Shown one piece after another: positions 52,216-64,000 of a stretch of 64,000 nucleotides of DNA; positions within the stretch are counted from its first letter, which is position 1; every line of letters begins with the position of its first letter. The notes below the pieces were generated by a model, which saw nothing but the letters and a program-made list of their open reading frames with translations, had not been told where the DNA came from and did no database searches. Both the position numbers and the translations under genes were made by a program. Source of the stretch: Octopus sinensis. Lineage: Eukaryota. The stretch is taken from NCBI RefSeq assembly GCF_006345805.1, contig NC_043019.1:20893360-20957359 (forward strand), written 5' to 3'.

Positions 52216-52463
52216 TGCTTTTATCTAAGCTGGAAATAAGTTCTCCTTTTATTGGAGGTACCCTGAGGTTTACGAGAGGGCGTAATTCTTGGATCGCAAT
52301 TGTCACTTTGAGATCATCAACGACGTTACCAGGATGTAAATAAATGGTAGGCTCATATTCTCCTCCACGACGAATCAACATTTCCTCATAGACCAGGCTA
52401 AACTCAACCTGAGATTTTGGTGGTGCCTTTACATGGACTCGGAAGAAACTCGTTCCTCGTGGT
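52216..52463 (-). CDS. ITIH: ITIH-like exon, VIT domain C-terminal part
   Basis: AATGTAG|A CCA CGA ... AGC A|GTACGT; PRGTSFFRVHVKAPPKSQVEFSLVYEEMLIRRGGEYE..HPG; 248 nt, phase 2-1. Confidence 0.9.
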
Positions 52464-54446
52464 CTACATTTAATATAGAAATATCAATGGTTTAATTAAA
52501 TGTTTTTAATGAAATACTAGCATTATGACCCGGCGTTGCCGGGTCATAGTGCTAGTGCATGTATATATGTGTATATATATGTGTACTTCTATATATATAC
52601 ATCTACACATAAAATACAAAATACAAAGTTATATCTTGATATCGCTAGTGATAACAATACTCAATATATATAACAGACTGGAATTGTAGACCCGCCTCTT
52701 GCAATTTCGATCAATTGTATCTTGTCCTCCCTCTTGTATAGAAGTGTGGCTACAATCCAGCCTACCTCTACTTCTAGGGGGACATTTTAAATTTTTATCC
52801 GGGATGTCCTACGTCCCAGATATAAAGGTAAAAGTAAAATATTTCCACTTTGCAAGGTTTGAGTCGAGTACTCCCTTGCACGTTCCGTTGACTCGAACCT
52901 TGCTTCTATTGTGGCGAATTTACCGCCTCTGGTTAGATACTTGATATCTTTCATAGTCGCACCAAGACACTTTTCGATTTACTGTAAATATCGCTGGATA
53001 GTGTAGTGGAAGTATTAGACTTTCAGCAAATAGACTCAGAGACCCAGATTCTAATCTTGGCCATAGGTAATTACTCAACTAATAGCTCATGACCTAGTGG
53101 TTAAGGTGTCATGATCATGAGGATGTTAGTTCAATTCTTGGCCCAGACAGGTAGTGCATTTCCTTGTGTAAGGTGCTTTGTTTTTTTTTATGTTGCTCCA
53201 GTCTACTCAGCCGTAGATGTGTACCAGCTGGTGTAGCTCTCTCTTCCTCCAGCTGTCACATCCTCAATATGCCACAGAGTCAAGGGTAGGAAGGCCAAGA
53301 ATGGGTCTGTGGCTGTTTGTAACTACACAGCCACCTAAAAAATTAATGAAAGCATGGTATGTAGGTATGTATGTATGTATGAAGAGATCCTAGGATCTGC
53401 CAATTTCTGCATCTGTCAGATTTGGTGGCACTTTTTTACCCACAATAATAAGTATAAAAAAAACAACCAGGCGCAGGAGTGGCTGTGTGGTAAGTAGCTT
53501 GCTTACCAACCACATGGTTCCGGGTTCAGTCCCACTGCGTGGCATCTTGGGCAAGTGTCTTCTACTATAGCCTCGGGGTGACCAATGCCTTGTGAGTGGA
53601 ATTGGTAGATGGAAACTGAAAGAAGCCTGTCGTATATATGTATATATATATGTATGTGTGTGTATATTTGTATGTCTGTGTTTATCCCCCTAACATTGCT
53701 TAACAACCGATGCTGGTGTGCTTACGTCCCCGTCACTTAGCGGTTTGGCAAAAGAGACCGATAGAATAAGTACTGGGCTTACAAAGAATAAGTCCTGGGG
53801 TCGATCTGCTCGACTAAAGGCAGTGCTCCAGCATGGCCACAGTCAAATGACTGAAGCAAGTAAAAGAGAGAGAGAGAGAAACCACCCTGGCCCTTATATG
53901 CAAAGTCGGGCTTCTTGTTAGCTTTGAGGCGTGGGTGTGTGATAAGATGGTTGCTTCTCATCCACATGGTTCTGGGTTCAGTTCCACTGCATGGCATCTT
54001 AAGCAAGTATCTTCTACTATAGCCTTGGGCCAACCAAAGCCTTGTCAGTGGATTTGGTAGATGGAAACTGAAAGAAGCCTGTCGTATATATATATATATA
54101 CATATATATATTTATATATATATATTTGTTTTGCAAGATTCTTGATTTGAAATAGTGTATTGAAACAGATATTGTTGTATTTAGGGATGGTCATGTTGCC
54201 AGTTTAGCCAATAAAAACACATGCACTTTATATTTGGTGTTAATCTGTTTCAGCTTTATTTATTTTTTACATTAATCTTAATCTTATTTTGACCACAGAT
54301 GGGGTCACAGAAGTGTGACGAAAGAACTCTGGCCGAAATATGATTAAGATTAATGTAAAAAATAAATAACACTGAAGCAAATTAACACCAAATATAGAGC
54401 GCGTGTGTTTTTATTGGCTAAACTGGCAACATGACCATCCCTAAAT

Positions 54447-54499
<53 letters not shown>

Positions 54500-54517
54500 A
54501 TATACATACATACATAC

Positions 54518-54571
<54 letters not shown>

Positions 54572-54935
54572 ATGTGTGTGTGTGTGTCTTTGTGTCTATG
54601 TTTGTCCCACCACCACTTGACAACCAGTGTTGGTGTACTTACGACACTGTAACTTAATGGTTCGGCAAAAGAGACCAATAGAATAAGTACTAGGCTTTAA
54701 AAAAATAAGTCCTGGGGTCAATTTGTTCAGCTAAAACCCTTCAAGGTGGTGTCTCAGCACGGCTGCTGTCAACTGAAGGAAACAAGTAAAAGATAAAAAG
54801 CCTTTTTGTCTGAATATGTGATGCTGAAATTGAGGTGCATCTAACACACCTGTGCATCTTTTATACCATCAAACACAGGAGGCAGTGAAGAAGGTGTGAC
54901 ATTATGATAACAAAAAAATTAACAAAGCTGTATAC

Positions 54936-55034
54936 CTCAAATCATAGTTGTCTGAGCTGTATTTGTTATGATCAGTCAGTGTATTCCTCAAATTTTGGAC
55001 AATATTGCTTCGAATATAGTTACCCTGCATTTTC
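54936..55034 (-). CDS. ITIH: Probable ITIH-like VIT exon (most 5' exon found)
   Basis: TTTTCTCTTTTGCAG|G AAA ATG CAG ... TTG AG|GTATAC; 99 nt, phase 2-2, joins as ..YDLR|PRGT. Similarity to VIT is weak. Confidence 0.6.
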
Positions 55035-55162
55035 CTGCAAAAGAGAAAATAAAAACAAAAACACATTGCATCATTGGTTTCACATTTTGGCACATGGCTG
55101 GTAATTTTGCGAAAGAGGATAAGTTGATTACTTCAACCCATTACACAATTGACACTTATTTT

Positions 55163-55637
55163 ATCGACCCCGAAAGTATGCAAGACTAAGTCGACCTCAG
55201 TGGAATTTGAACTCAGAACGTAAAGACAGATGAAATGCCGTTAAGCATTTTTGCCCTTATCGACCCTGAAAGCATGCAAGACTAAGTCGACCTCAGTGGA
55301 ATTTGAACTCAGAATATAAAGACAGATGAAATGCCGTTAAGCATTTTTGCCCTTATCGACCCTGAAAGCATGCAAGACTAAGTCGACCTCAGTGGATTTG
55401 AACTCAGAATATAAAGACAGATGAATGCCGTTAAGCATTTTTGCCCTTATCGACCCTGAAAGGATGCAAGACTAAGTCGACCTCAGTGGAATTTGAACTC
55501 AGAACGTAAAGACAGATGAAATGCCGTTAAGCATTTTTGCCCTTATCGACCCTGAAAGCATGCAAGACTAAGTCGACCTCAGTGGAATTTGAACTCAGAA
55601 CATAAAGACAGATGAAATGCTGTTAAGCATTTTTGAC
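55163..55637. repeat. Five tandem copies of a ~96-bp SINE family B-related fragment
   Basis: ATCGACCC unit starts at 55163, 55259, 55355, 55449 and 55545. Confidence 0.9.
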
Positions 55638-56505
55638 CAACGTCCTAACGCTTCTGCCCGCTTGCCGCCTTAAAACATTGCATCATTGAAACTTTCCACC
55701 TATAACTATCTTATTTTTTTCAATCCATGTCTGATTTTCGATTGGATTGTATATGTTCACTCCACTGTAGAACGAAGGCCTCAACATGTTCTCTCCACGA
55801 CTATGGTCCGAAGTTCCGAAGTGGAGGCCGTAAATTTGAGCTTGACATTATACTGGCTTGATGAGCCTACTTTGCCACACTGGCATGACATGGTTTGGCA
55901 AAGGGATGCAGATTTTTAAAAACTCTTACCCAGGATTAGGTAAGTTGATTACATCGACCCCAGTGCCCAACTGGTGTTTATTAAAGGCTAATTCGACCTC
56001 GGTGGGATTTGAACTCAGAACCTTCTGATAGCGGACGAAATACTCCTTAAGCATTTCGCCCGGCATGTGAATGATCCTAACAGCACGCCGCCTTCTGATA
56101 GCGTTTAAGTATCGTAAAAAAGCATTCAAGCCGTCACCACCCTGATACTTGTCAAACATAAGACAGTAGAGCCCCTGGTATTAAAACAGTAGATGCAATG
56201 GTCACTGCTGGAACGTCTTTAATCATAGATCTTAAAAGATCAGTTTATCTGGTATCGAAAAAACAACAACCAAAATTCGGATCTTTACCTTTTGACCGGC
56301 AGATTTAGAAAATAATTTTTTGTAACTAAACACTTTCAAACTTCGTATACTGGTAGAATGTGTCATATAAAACATCTTTTACTCTTAGTGTTTTAGAGAA
56401 AAGTTTGTTTACGAAGTTATTTCGTGTTAAAGTTATCGTATTTTGGTAATTTCATCCAATCAATGACGTGTATTCAGCCAAATAAAATTACTGCCGTTGT
56501 TTGTC

Positions 56506-56552
<47 letters not shown>

Positions 56553-57539
56553 CTACTACTACTACTACTACTACTACTACTGCTACTACTACTACTACTC
56601 TTTCAAATAAAGATAACCTACACTGCTTTCAGAATTTGAAGGGATGTAATGACCTCTTGTCAGCACAGTGTTCAGTAAATACAATGCGTAAAATAAGATG
56701 TGACAGTAGAAGTGTTCCGCTTGTACACCCCCACACACCCCCACACCCCCCACAGCCCCCACACCCCTACAGTCCCCCACACCCCACAGCCCCCACACCC
56801 CCACAGCCCCCCATACTTATTTACGAACATGCATACATATATTTACACACATAACTTTTAAGATAATTATTTCTTTACTACCCACAAGGGGCTAAACACA
56901 GGAGGGGACAAACAAGGACAGACAGACAGATTAAGTCGATAATATCGACCCCAGTGCGTAACTGGTACTTATTTAATCGACCCCGAAAGGATGAAAGGCA
57001 AAGTCGACCTCGGCAGAATTTGAACTCAAACCGTTGCGGCAGACGAAATACGGCTACACATTTCGCCCGGCGTCCTAACGTTTCTGCCAGCTCGCCAATG
57101 TCAATAGCCCTTTGTTGCCTGTTTTAGACAGTGTGAATATCTGTGACTGGAATGTTCCACCCTACAGTGAAGATCAGATGAAGGTTTCGTTGTGGAAAAC
57201 CAGCAATTGCCGATGTATGAAACCGCTGGCTTTTCTTCTCCTCTGGTGCTTATTCCAGAAACAGGCCACCAGCTTAGGCCGATAAAGCATAGATAGCATC
57301 GATGTTGTAGCAAACATTATTATCAAAACGTAGAGAACTCGAACATATGTTTTATCTGTTATTTGTTTCAGTCATTAGACTGCGGCAATGCTGGGGCAGC
57401 ACTTGCAAGAATTTTCAGTCGAATGAAAATAGCCCTTTTTTTATAAGCCTGGTACTTTTCCCGGGGGGGGGATGTAAACACACCAACGCCGGTTGTCAAG
57501 CAGTGGGGAGGGATGACAAACACAGAAAAGCACACGTAC

Positions 57540-57583
<44 letters not shown>

Positions 57584-57589
57584 GGGTAA

Positions 57590-57915
57590 AGACCCCCTTC
57601 GGTCATGAATGACCATGGGATTGCACCTAGAAAGTTACCCTCCTAGACACAAGTCCGGGCAAGGTTGTTTTATGGAAGGCCAGCAGTCGCCCATGCATAC
57701 CAGCCTCCCCTCTCCACGCCACCAGTGTTATCCAAGGGAAAGACATAGGTCGATACAGCTTGGCACCAGTGACGTCGCAACTCATTTCTACAGCTGAGTG
57801 AACTGGAGCAACGTGAAATAAAGTGCCTTGCTCAAGAACACAACACGCAGCCCGGTCCGGGATTCGAGCTCACAACCTCACGATCGTAAGCTCGACGCTC
57901 TAACCACTGAGCCAT
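57590..57915 (-). mobile_element. tRNA-derived SINE with conserved central domain (GTGTTCTTGAGCAAGGCACTT)
   Basis: Head GCTCAGTGGTTAGAGCG..GCTCGAATCC on the minus strand; body shared with 58551-58886. Confidence 0.7.
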
Positions 57916-58550
57916 ATATACGATATGCTTCTTTCAGTTCTGTCTTCCAAATCTCCTCACAAGGCTTTGGTTGGCCCAAAGTTATAGTAAAAAACACTTG
58001 CCCAAGATGCCATGCAGTGGGATTGAACCCGGAACCATGTGGTTGGGAAGCTACGTTTCCGTATGCAGAAAAGCATCTAGTCCGACGCTCTAAAATTCTA
58101 CCAGTCCACTTAATTGGACTAGTACGTTTTTATCGACCTCAAAATCATAAAGAATAGTGTTGACTTCAACAGGATTTGAACTCAGAGTAAAGAAGACTCA
58201 GAACAAATATTTGACAACATTCTGTTGAATGCTGTTGGTTTTACTATAGTCATTGGCTAATGAAATCACTGACTAGGCGGCGAGCTGGCAGAATTCTTAG
58301 CACGCTGGAAAAAATGTTTAGCAGTATTTTGTCCGTCCTTACGTTCTGAGTTCAAATACCGTTGGGTTTGATAAAATAAGTCCCAGCCGAGCACTGGGGT
58401 CGATCTAATCGACTAAGCCCCTCTCCCGAAACTGCTGACCTTATGCCAAAACCTGAAGCCATTTCAGTTACTTTTGGCTAATGTAGTTATTACCTAATAT
58501 AGTCCTGCGATAACTACGTCTGTCTGTATTCCCTGATATAACAACTGATA

Positions 58551-58886
58551 GTAGTAGTAGGAGCACTCCATCGGTTGCAACGACGAGGGTCCCAGCTGAT
58601 CCGAATCAACGGAACAGCCTGCTCGTGAAATTAACGTGTAAGTGGCTGAGCACTCCACAAACACGTGTACCCTTAACGTAGTTCTCGGGGAGATTCAGCG
58701 TGACACAGTGTGTGACAAGGCTGGCCCTTTGAAATACAGGTACTACTCATTTTTGCCAGTTGAGTGGACTGGACCAACGTGAAATAAAGTGTCTTGCTCA
58801 AGGACACAACGCATCGTTGGGAATTGATCTCACGATCTTACGATCATGAGACGAATGCCCCTAACCACTAAGCCACGCGCCTTCAC
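58551..58886 (-). mobile_element. tRNA-derived SINE, full length, 14-bp TSD
   Basis: TATAACAACTGATA at 58537-58550 and 58887-58900; (CTA)n tail. Confidence 0.85.
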
Positions 58887-59923
58887 TATAACAACTGATA
58901 ACACGATTATGACCGAAAAGCTTTTAATCTTAGGCCTGTTTGATAATAACTGACAGAGATTTAAACAACAAACAATAACAATACCAACACACTACAGAAA
59001 ACTCAGTGTCTTTGTGCCAACACGAGAATGTTATTTTATATTTCATTGAAATCTAAACTAAAACGATTGAGGGTTGTGTTGTCTTAAGGAATAGGGACAC
59101 TGAACAGTTGCTGAGGAGCCCCGAGTCTAAGGGTCCAGTTCTGGGCCCAGTGCACTGATTTTCCCAAGGGTGCTAAGACTGTTCAAATAGAGGGACATCT
59201 AATGGTTTTAGCTAGGATGTTTTATATAAAAGACCTTGTCAACCAAGACTGGATCTTAAACATATGTATAAAAGATAAAATACCAGAAGATAAAATAAAA
59301 CAAAGAGCATCAACAATAAACACATTGCTATAAGTTTTGATGTTCCTGTATCAATTACCAATGTTAGATATTATTATTTTATTTCAACTAGAATATAGTA
59401 AAGAGGTCGTCTGAAATGATGGCATTCAAGAACGTGTGGGGTTCGGCTGAAAAGACATTCAAAGTTAAAGAAAAGAACAATAAGAAGCCTTTTCTCTCAG
59501 TTTCGTGAGAAACTGATGCTCTTCAACAATATTTATGCAAACTAAGCAAACTGTCTTTCGTTGATCGTTCGCCTTCGTAGATTTTGAACACCAAGTCATA
59601 GCTGATCGGGTGAATCTACGACCAAAGGATTAAAAGCTTCCCAGCTGTTACCAGCAATGCATCTAAGACTGTATTATCTAATATGACCTTTTCTAAGATG
59701 CTAGGGTATGATATGTATAAGGAAGAATTGGCTGCTATCTCTAGCATAAGGAACAACCATATACGAATTTTTTATTATTTTTATCTAGTTTCAGCTCACA
59801 AGCTGTGGCCATGCTGGGGCAATTCTTTTTTTTTTTTTTGGTTTGTATTCATGCGTTTTGTTAGTGTTCAATTTCAGTTCAGCTCTGAGCTAAGCTAAGA
59901 AGAAAAACGTACCACCCGTGACC

Positions 59924-60309
59924 GTGGAGGCGCAATGGCCTAGTGGTTAGGGCAGCGGACTCGCGGTCGTAGGATCGCGGTTTCGATTCCCAGACCGGGC
60001 GTTGTGAGTGTTTATTGAGCGAAAACACCTAAAGCTCCACGAGGCTCCGGCAGGGGATGGTGGTGATCCCTGCTGTACTCTTTCACCACAACTTTCTCTC
60101 ACTCTTACTTCCTGTTTCTGTTGTACCTGTATTTCAAAAGGGCCGGCCTTGTCACTCTCTGTGTCACGCTGAATATCCCCGAGAACTACGTTAAGGGTAC
60201 ACGTGTCTGTGGAGTGCTCAGGCACTTACACGTTAATTTCACGAGCAGGCTGTTCCGTTGATCGGGTCAACCGGAACCCTCATCGTCATAACCGACGGAG
60301 TGCTTCCAC
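59924..60309 (+). mobile_element. tRNA-derived SINE (Arg-like head), full length, 13-bp TSD
   Basis: ACCACCCGTGACC at 59911-59923 and 60310-60322; A box TGGCCTAGTGG, B box GTTTCGATTCC. Confidence 0.9.
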
Positions 60310-60883
60310 ACCACCCGTGACCATCATGTCTTTTTTGTCCACTTTGATAGAGTTTACCATATGATAAAAAGCATTCAAGCCGTCACCGTCAAAATATTTT
60401 TCATACAAAGGACAGTGAAATCCATGATATAAAAATAAATGTAATGGTCATTGCTGGAACGCTTTTAATCATAGAGCTAGAAAAATTCACAGTTTATCTG
60501 AAACTAAACAACAAGTACTATTACTACAACAACAATAACAACAATTACTACTACCACGACCACCACCGCCGCCAAAGTTCGACTTTGCCTTTCATCCTTT
60601 CAGGGTCGATAAATTAAGTACCAGTTACGCACTGAGGGTCGATGTAATCGACTTAATACCTATGTCTGTCCTTGTTTGTCCTCTCTGTGTTTAGCCCCTT
60701 GTGGGTAATAAAGAAATAGGTATTTCGTCTGCTGCTACGTTCTGAGTTCAAATTCCGCCGAGGTCGACTTTGCCTTTCATCCTTTCGGGGTCGATAAATA
60801 AAGTACCAGTTTCGCACTGGGGTCGATGTAATCGACTTAATCCCTTTGTCTGTCCTTGTTTGTCCCCTCTATGTTTAGCCCCT

Positions 60884-60914
<31 letters not shown>

Positions 60915-61279
60915 TGTGTTGGTGTGTGTGTGTGTGTATTAATGTCTCTGTTTTTTTTATGTTCAGTTTGATGAAAAACAAATTTACATTAATCTGATGG
61001 GTTACTCTATAATTTTGAAGTACAAATTCATTTCTTATATAAGAATGTTGTGACAGTGACTTCGAAATTCGGCCAACTAAGCCAGTCCGACGAAACTTTC
61101 ACAACTTTCTAATATATAGGCGCAGGAGGGTGTTGTGGTAAGTAGCTTGCATACGAACCACATGGTTCCGGGTTCACTCCCACTGCGTGAAACCTTGGGC
61201 AAGTGTCTTCTACTATAGCCTCGGGTCGACCAAAGCCTGTGAGTGGATTTGGTAGATGGAAACTGAAAGAAGCCCGTCG

Positions 61280-61332
<53 letters not shown>

Positions 61333-61802
61333 TATCTATATATACATATACATATATACGACGGGCTTCTTTCAGTTTGTATATATATGTATATATATTG
61401 TATATATATATATATTATAATATATATAATATAATTATATACATATACATATATACGACGGGCTTCTTTCAGTTTCCATCTACCAAATCCACTCACAAGG
61501 CTTTGGTCGACCCGAGGCTATAGTAGAAGACACTTGCCCAAGGTTTCACGCAGTGGGAGTGAACCCGGAACCATGTGGTTCGTATGCAAGCTACTTACCA
61601 CACAACCACTCCTGCGCCTATATATTAGAAAGTTGTTGAAAGTTTCGTCGGACTGGCTTAGTTGGCCGAAATTTCGAAGTCACTGTCAACAACATTCTTA
61701 TATAAGAATACTGAATTTGTACTTTACAAAATTATAGAGTAACCCATCAGATTAATGTAAATTTGTTTTCATCATAACTGAACATAAAAACAGACATTAA
61801 TA

Positions 61803-61847
<45 letters not shown>

Positions 61848-61849
61848 AC
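60884..61849. repeat. ~0.95-kb inverted duplication centred on a SINE (TA) tract
   Basis: 60938-~61320 mirrors ~61430-61801, including non-repeat flank; the arms differ almost only by indels. Confidence 0.85.
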
Positions 61850-61938
61850 TCAATAAATGTGTGCTTATATGTGAATACAAAGTAAGAGAAAGTATTGATA
61901 GATAGAGTAAGTATATCAGTGTAGTGTGTGTGTGTGTG

Positions 61939-61974
<36 letters not shown>

Positions 61975-62149
61975 GCGCGTAACTGACACTACTATTCGGA
62001 AGAGACAACATCTGGTATTCATTGGGATGTGCTGTAAATTTGATATCGTGTTATATCAAATATAACTGTAGAATTTATGGCCGACGAGAAAAAAAATAAG
62101 CTTGACGTAAAGCAATGCAATTTTGTCGCACATTTATCGACTGCAACTC

Positions 62150-62580
62150 ATAGATACATACATACATACATACATACATACATGCATACATCCATACATG
62201 CATACATACACACACACATACATACATACATACATACATACATACATACATACATACATACATACATACATTTGTATATGCATATGTTTATACATACATA
62301 CATACATACATACATACATGCATGCATACATACATACATGCATACATACATCCATACATACGTACATTTGTATATGCATATGTTTATACATGCATACATA
62401 CATACATACATACATACATACATACATGCATGCATACATGCATACATACATACATACATACATACATACATTTGTATATGCATATGTTGATACATGCATA
62501 CATACATACATACATACATACATACATACATACATGCATGCATGCATACATACATACATGCATACGTACGTACATATATG
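62150..62580. repeat. (TACA)n array with ~100-bp higher-order punctuation (TTTGTATATGCATATG)
   Basis: Punctuation at ~62271, 62367 and 62471. Confidence 0.9.
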
Positions 62581-62732
62581 TCTACATCTATACACACACA
62601 CATGTATATACGACACATTCAAACATTTTGCCTGTGTATATATGTATGTATGTATGTATGTATTTATGTATGTATATATAAATATTCATAGCACACCATT
62701 TATTAGAAAACTCAAGATAGATTCGCCGTAAC

Positions 62733-62785
<53 letters not shown>

Positions 62786-62792
62786 CGTGTAT

Positions 62793-62826
<34 letters not shown>

Positions 62827-64000
62827 GGAGATAGAGAGAGGTTATGAGAGGTAATGGTGTCAATAATAACCCAAAGGTGTCAGGTAATGCTGAGTAAGAG
62901 CTATGGACAGACCATAGTTAAGCTCCAGGTTCAGTGATTATGCGAATAAGGGGTCTAATGTAGGTCATATATCAGCATGTGTATATATAAAAAACATTTT
63001 TTCAGAATGAGATAAAAAAAACCCCAAGGCTATGAAGATTTTAGAACATTTATAAATAGAAGGCGCAGGAGTGGCTGTGTGGTAAGTAGCTTGCTAACCA
63101 ACCACATGGTTCCGGGTTCAGTCCCACTGCGTGGCATCTTGGGCAAGTGTCTTCTGCTATAACCTCGGGCCGACCAATACCTTGTGAGTGGATTTGGTAG
63201 ACGGAAACTGAAAGAAGCCTGTCGTGTATATGTATATATGTATATGTATGTGTGTGTGTTTGCGTGTCTGTGTTTGTCCCCCTAGCATTGCTTGACAACC
63301 GATGCTGGTGGGTTTACGTCCCCGTCACTTAGTGGTTTGGCAAAAGAGACCGATAGAATAAGTACTGGGTAGACGGAAACTGAAAGAAGCCCGTCGTATA
63401 TATGTATATATGTATATGTATGTGTGTGTGTTTGCGTGTCTGTGTTTGTCCCCCTAGCATTGCTTGACAACCGATGCTGGTGTGTTAACGTCCCCGTCAC
63501 TTAGCGGTTTGGCAAAAGAGACCGATAGAATAAGTACTGGGCTTACAAAGAATAAGTCCCGGGGTCGATTTGCTCGACTAAAGGCGGTGCTCCAGCATGG
63601 CCGCACTCAAATGACTGAAACAAGTAAAAGAGTAAAGAGTAAAAGAGTAAAGAGAGAAGGTCTTACAGCTGTTTCCGGGATATTTTTTTATAACTGATCT
63701 AAATTAACTATTGCTTAACCATTTTCTCATATAATTCTGGAATAATTAAAGACAAATTTGATCTTAGCAGAATTTGAACAAACCGTAAAGAACCAAAGTA
63801 AATTTCGCAGTTTTATTTTTATTTGTTTGTCTTTTTCGAATGCTTTAACGATTCTACAAATCTCAAGTTTTAACGTCAGAGAAAAGAAATATAAAATATG
63901 GCGAAACTAGTGTCTTTTGCCTTAACCACGAGCTGTAGCATAGTATAGTGAGTAAATTTGGTACGAGGAAACTGTGTGGAAGCCCGTACTCTCTACTTCC

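Noticed and set aside
55163-55637. CRISPR-like appearance of regular repeats (also the ~58-bp units in family C)
   Set aside because: There are no unique spacers and no cas genes, and the context is eukaryotic SINE sequence.
59235-59325. Hydrophobic MCLLLMLFVLFYLL.. on the minus strand as a possible ITIH signal-peptide exon
   Set aside because: It has an in-frame stop, no convincing donor, and T-rich composition explains the hydrophobicity.
59924-60000. tRNA-Arg-like gene (also ~46065-46143 and ~58810-58886)
   Set aside because: These are SINE heads: no proper acceptor stem, continuous with SINE bodies and flanked by TSDs.

Overview
AT-rich, repeat-dense eukaryotic genomic DNA. The SINE, LINE and microsatellite content looks like a cephalopod (Octopus) genome; this is inferred from repeat-family recognition, not from a database search. 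The window holds three gene-derived loci. (1) A plus-strand BTB-BACK/degenerate-kelch gene whose coding sequence lies almost entirely in one ~1.95-kb exon (3559-5504). (2) Immediately downstream and convergent with it, an intronless, disabled PPP4R4 retrocopy (~5643-6965, minus). (3) A ~40-kb minus-strand inter-alpha-trypsin-inhibitor heavy-chain (ITIH)-like gene. I traced 11 phase-consistent GT-AG exons by hand (55034 to 15082; 2386 nt, ~794 aa: VIT, vWA with intact MIDAS, DPHF motif, ITI C-terminal domain), including 33-nt and 21-nt symmetric micro-exons; its first exon(s) were not found in the window. The rest is decayed RTE, R4/Dong, CR1-like, Gypsy, mariner, hAT, piggyBac and Merlin-like elements, several SINE families and microsatellites. 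Most short ORFs in the track are repeat artefacts. The most notable observations are minimal hammerhead-ribozyme-like motifs in small (TA)n-embedded Penelope-type elements (one family with a shared CUGUCGA core variant), the micro-exon-built ITIH linker, the antisense PPP4R4 retrocopy, a 653-bp palindrome, direct repeats bracketing an in-frame vWA exon module, and a probable fold-back assembly artefact near 61 kb. All coordinates and alignments were done by eye.
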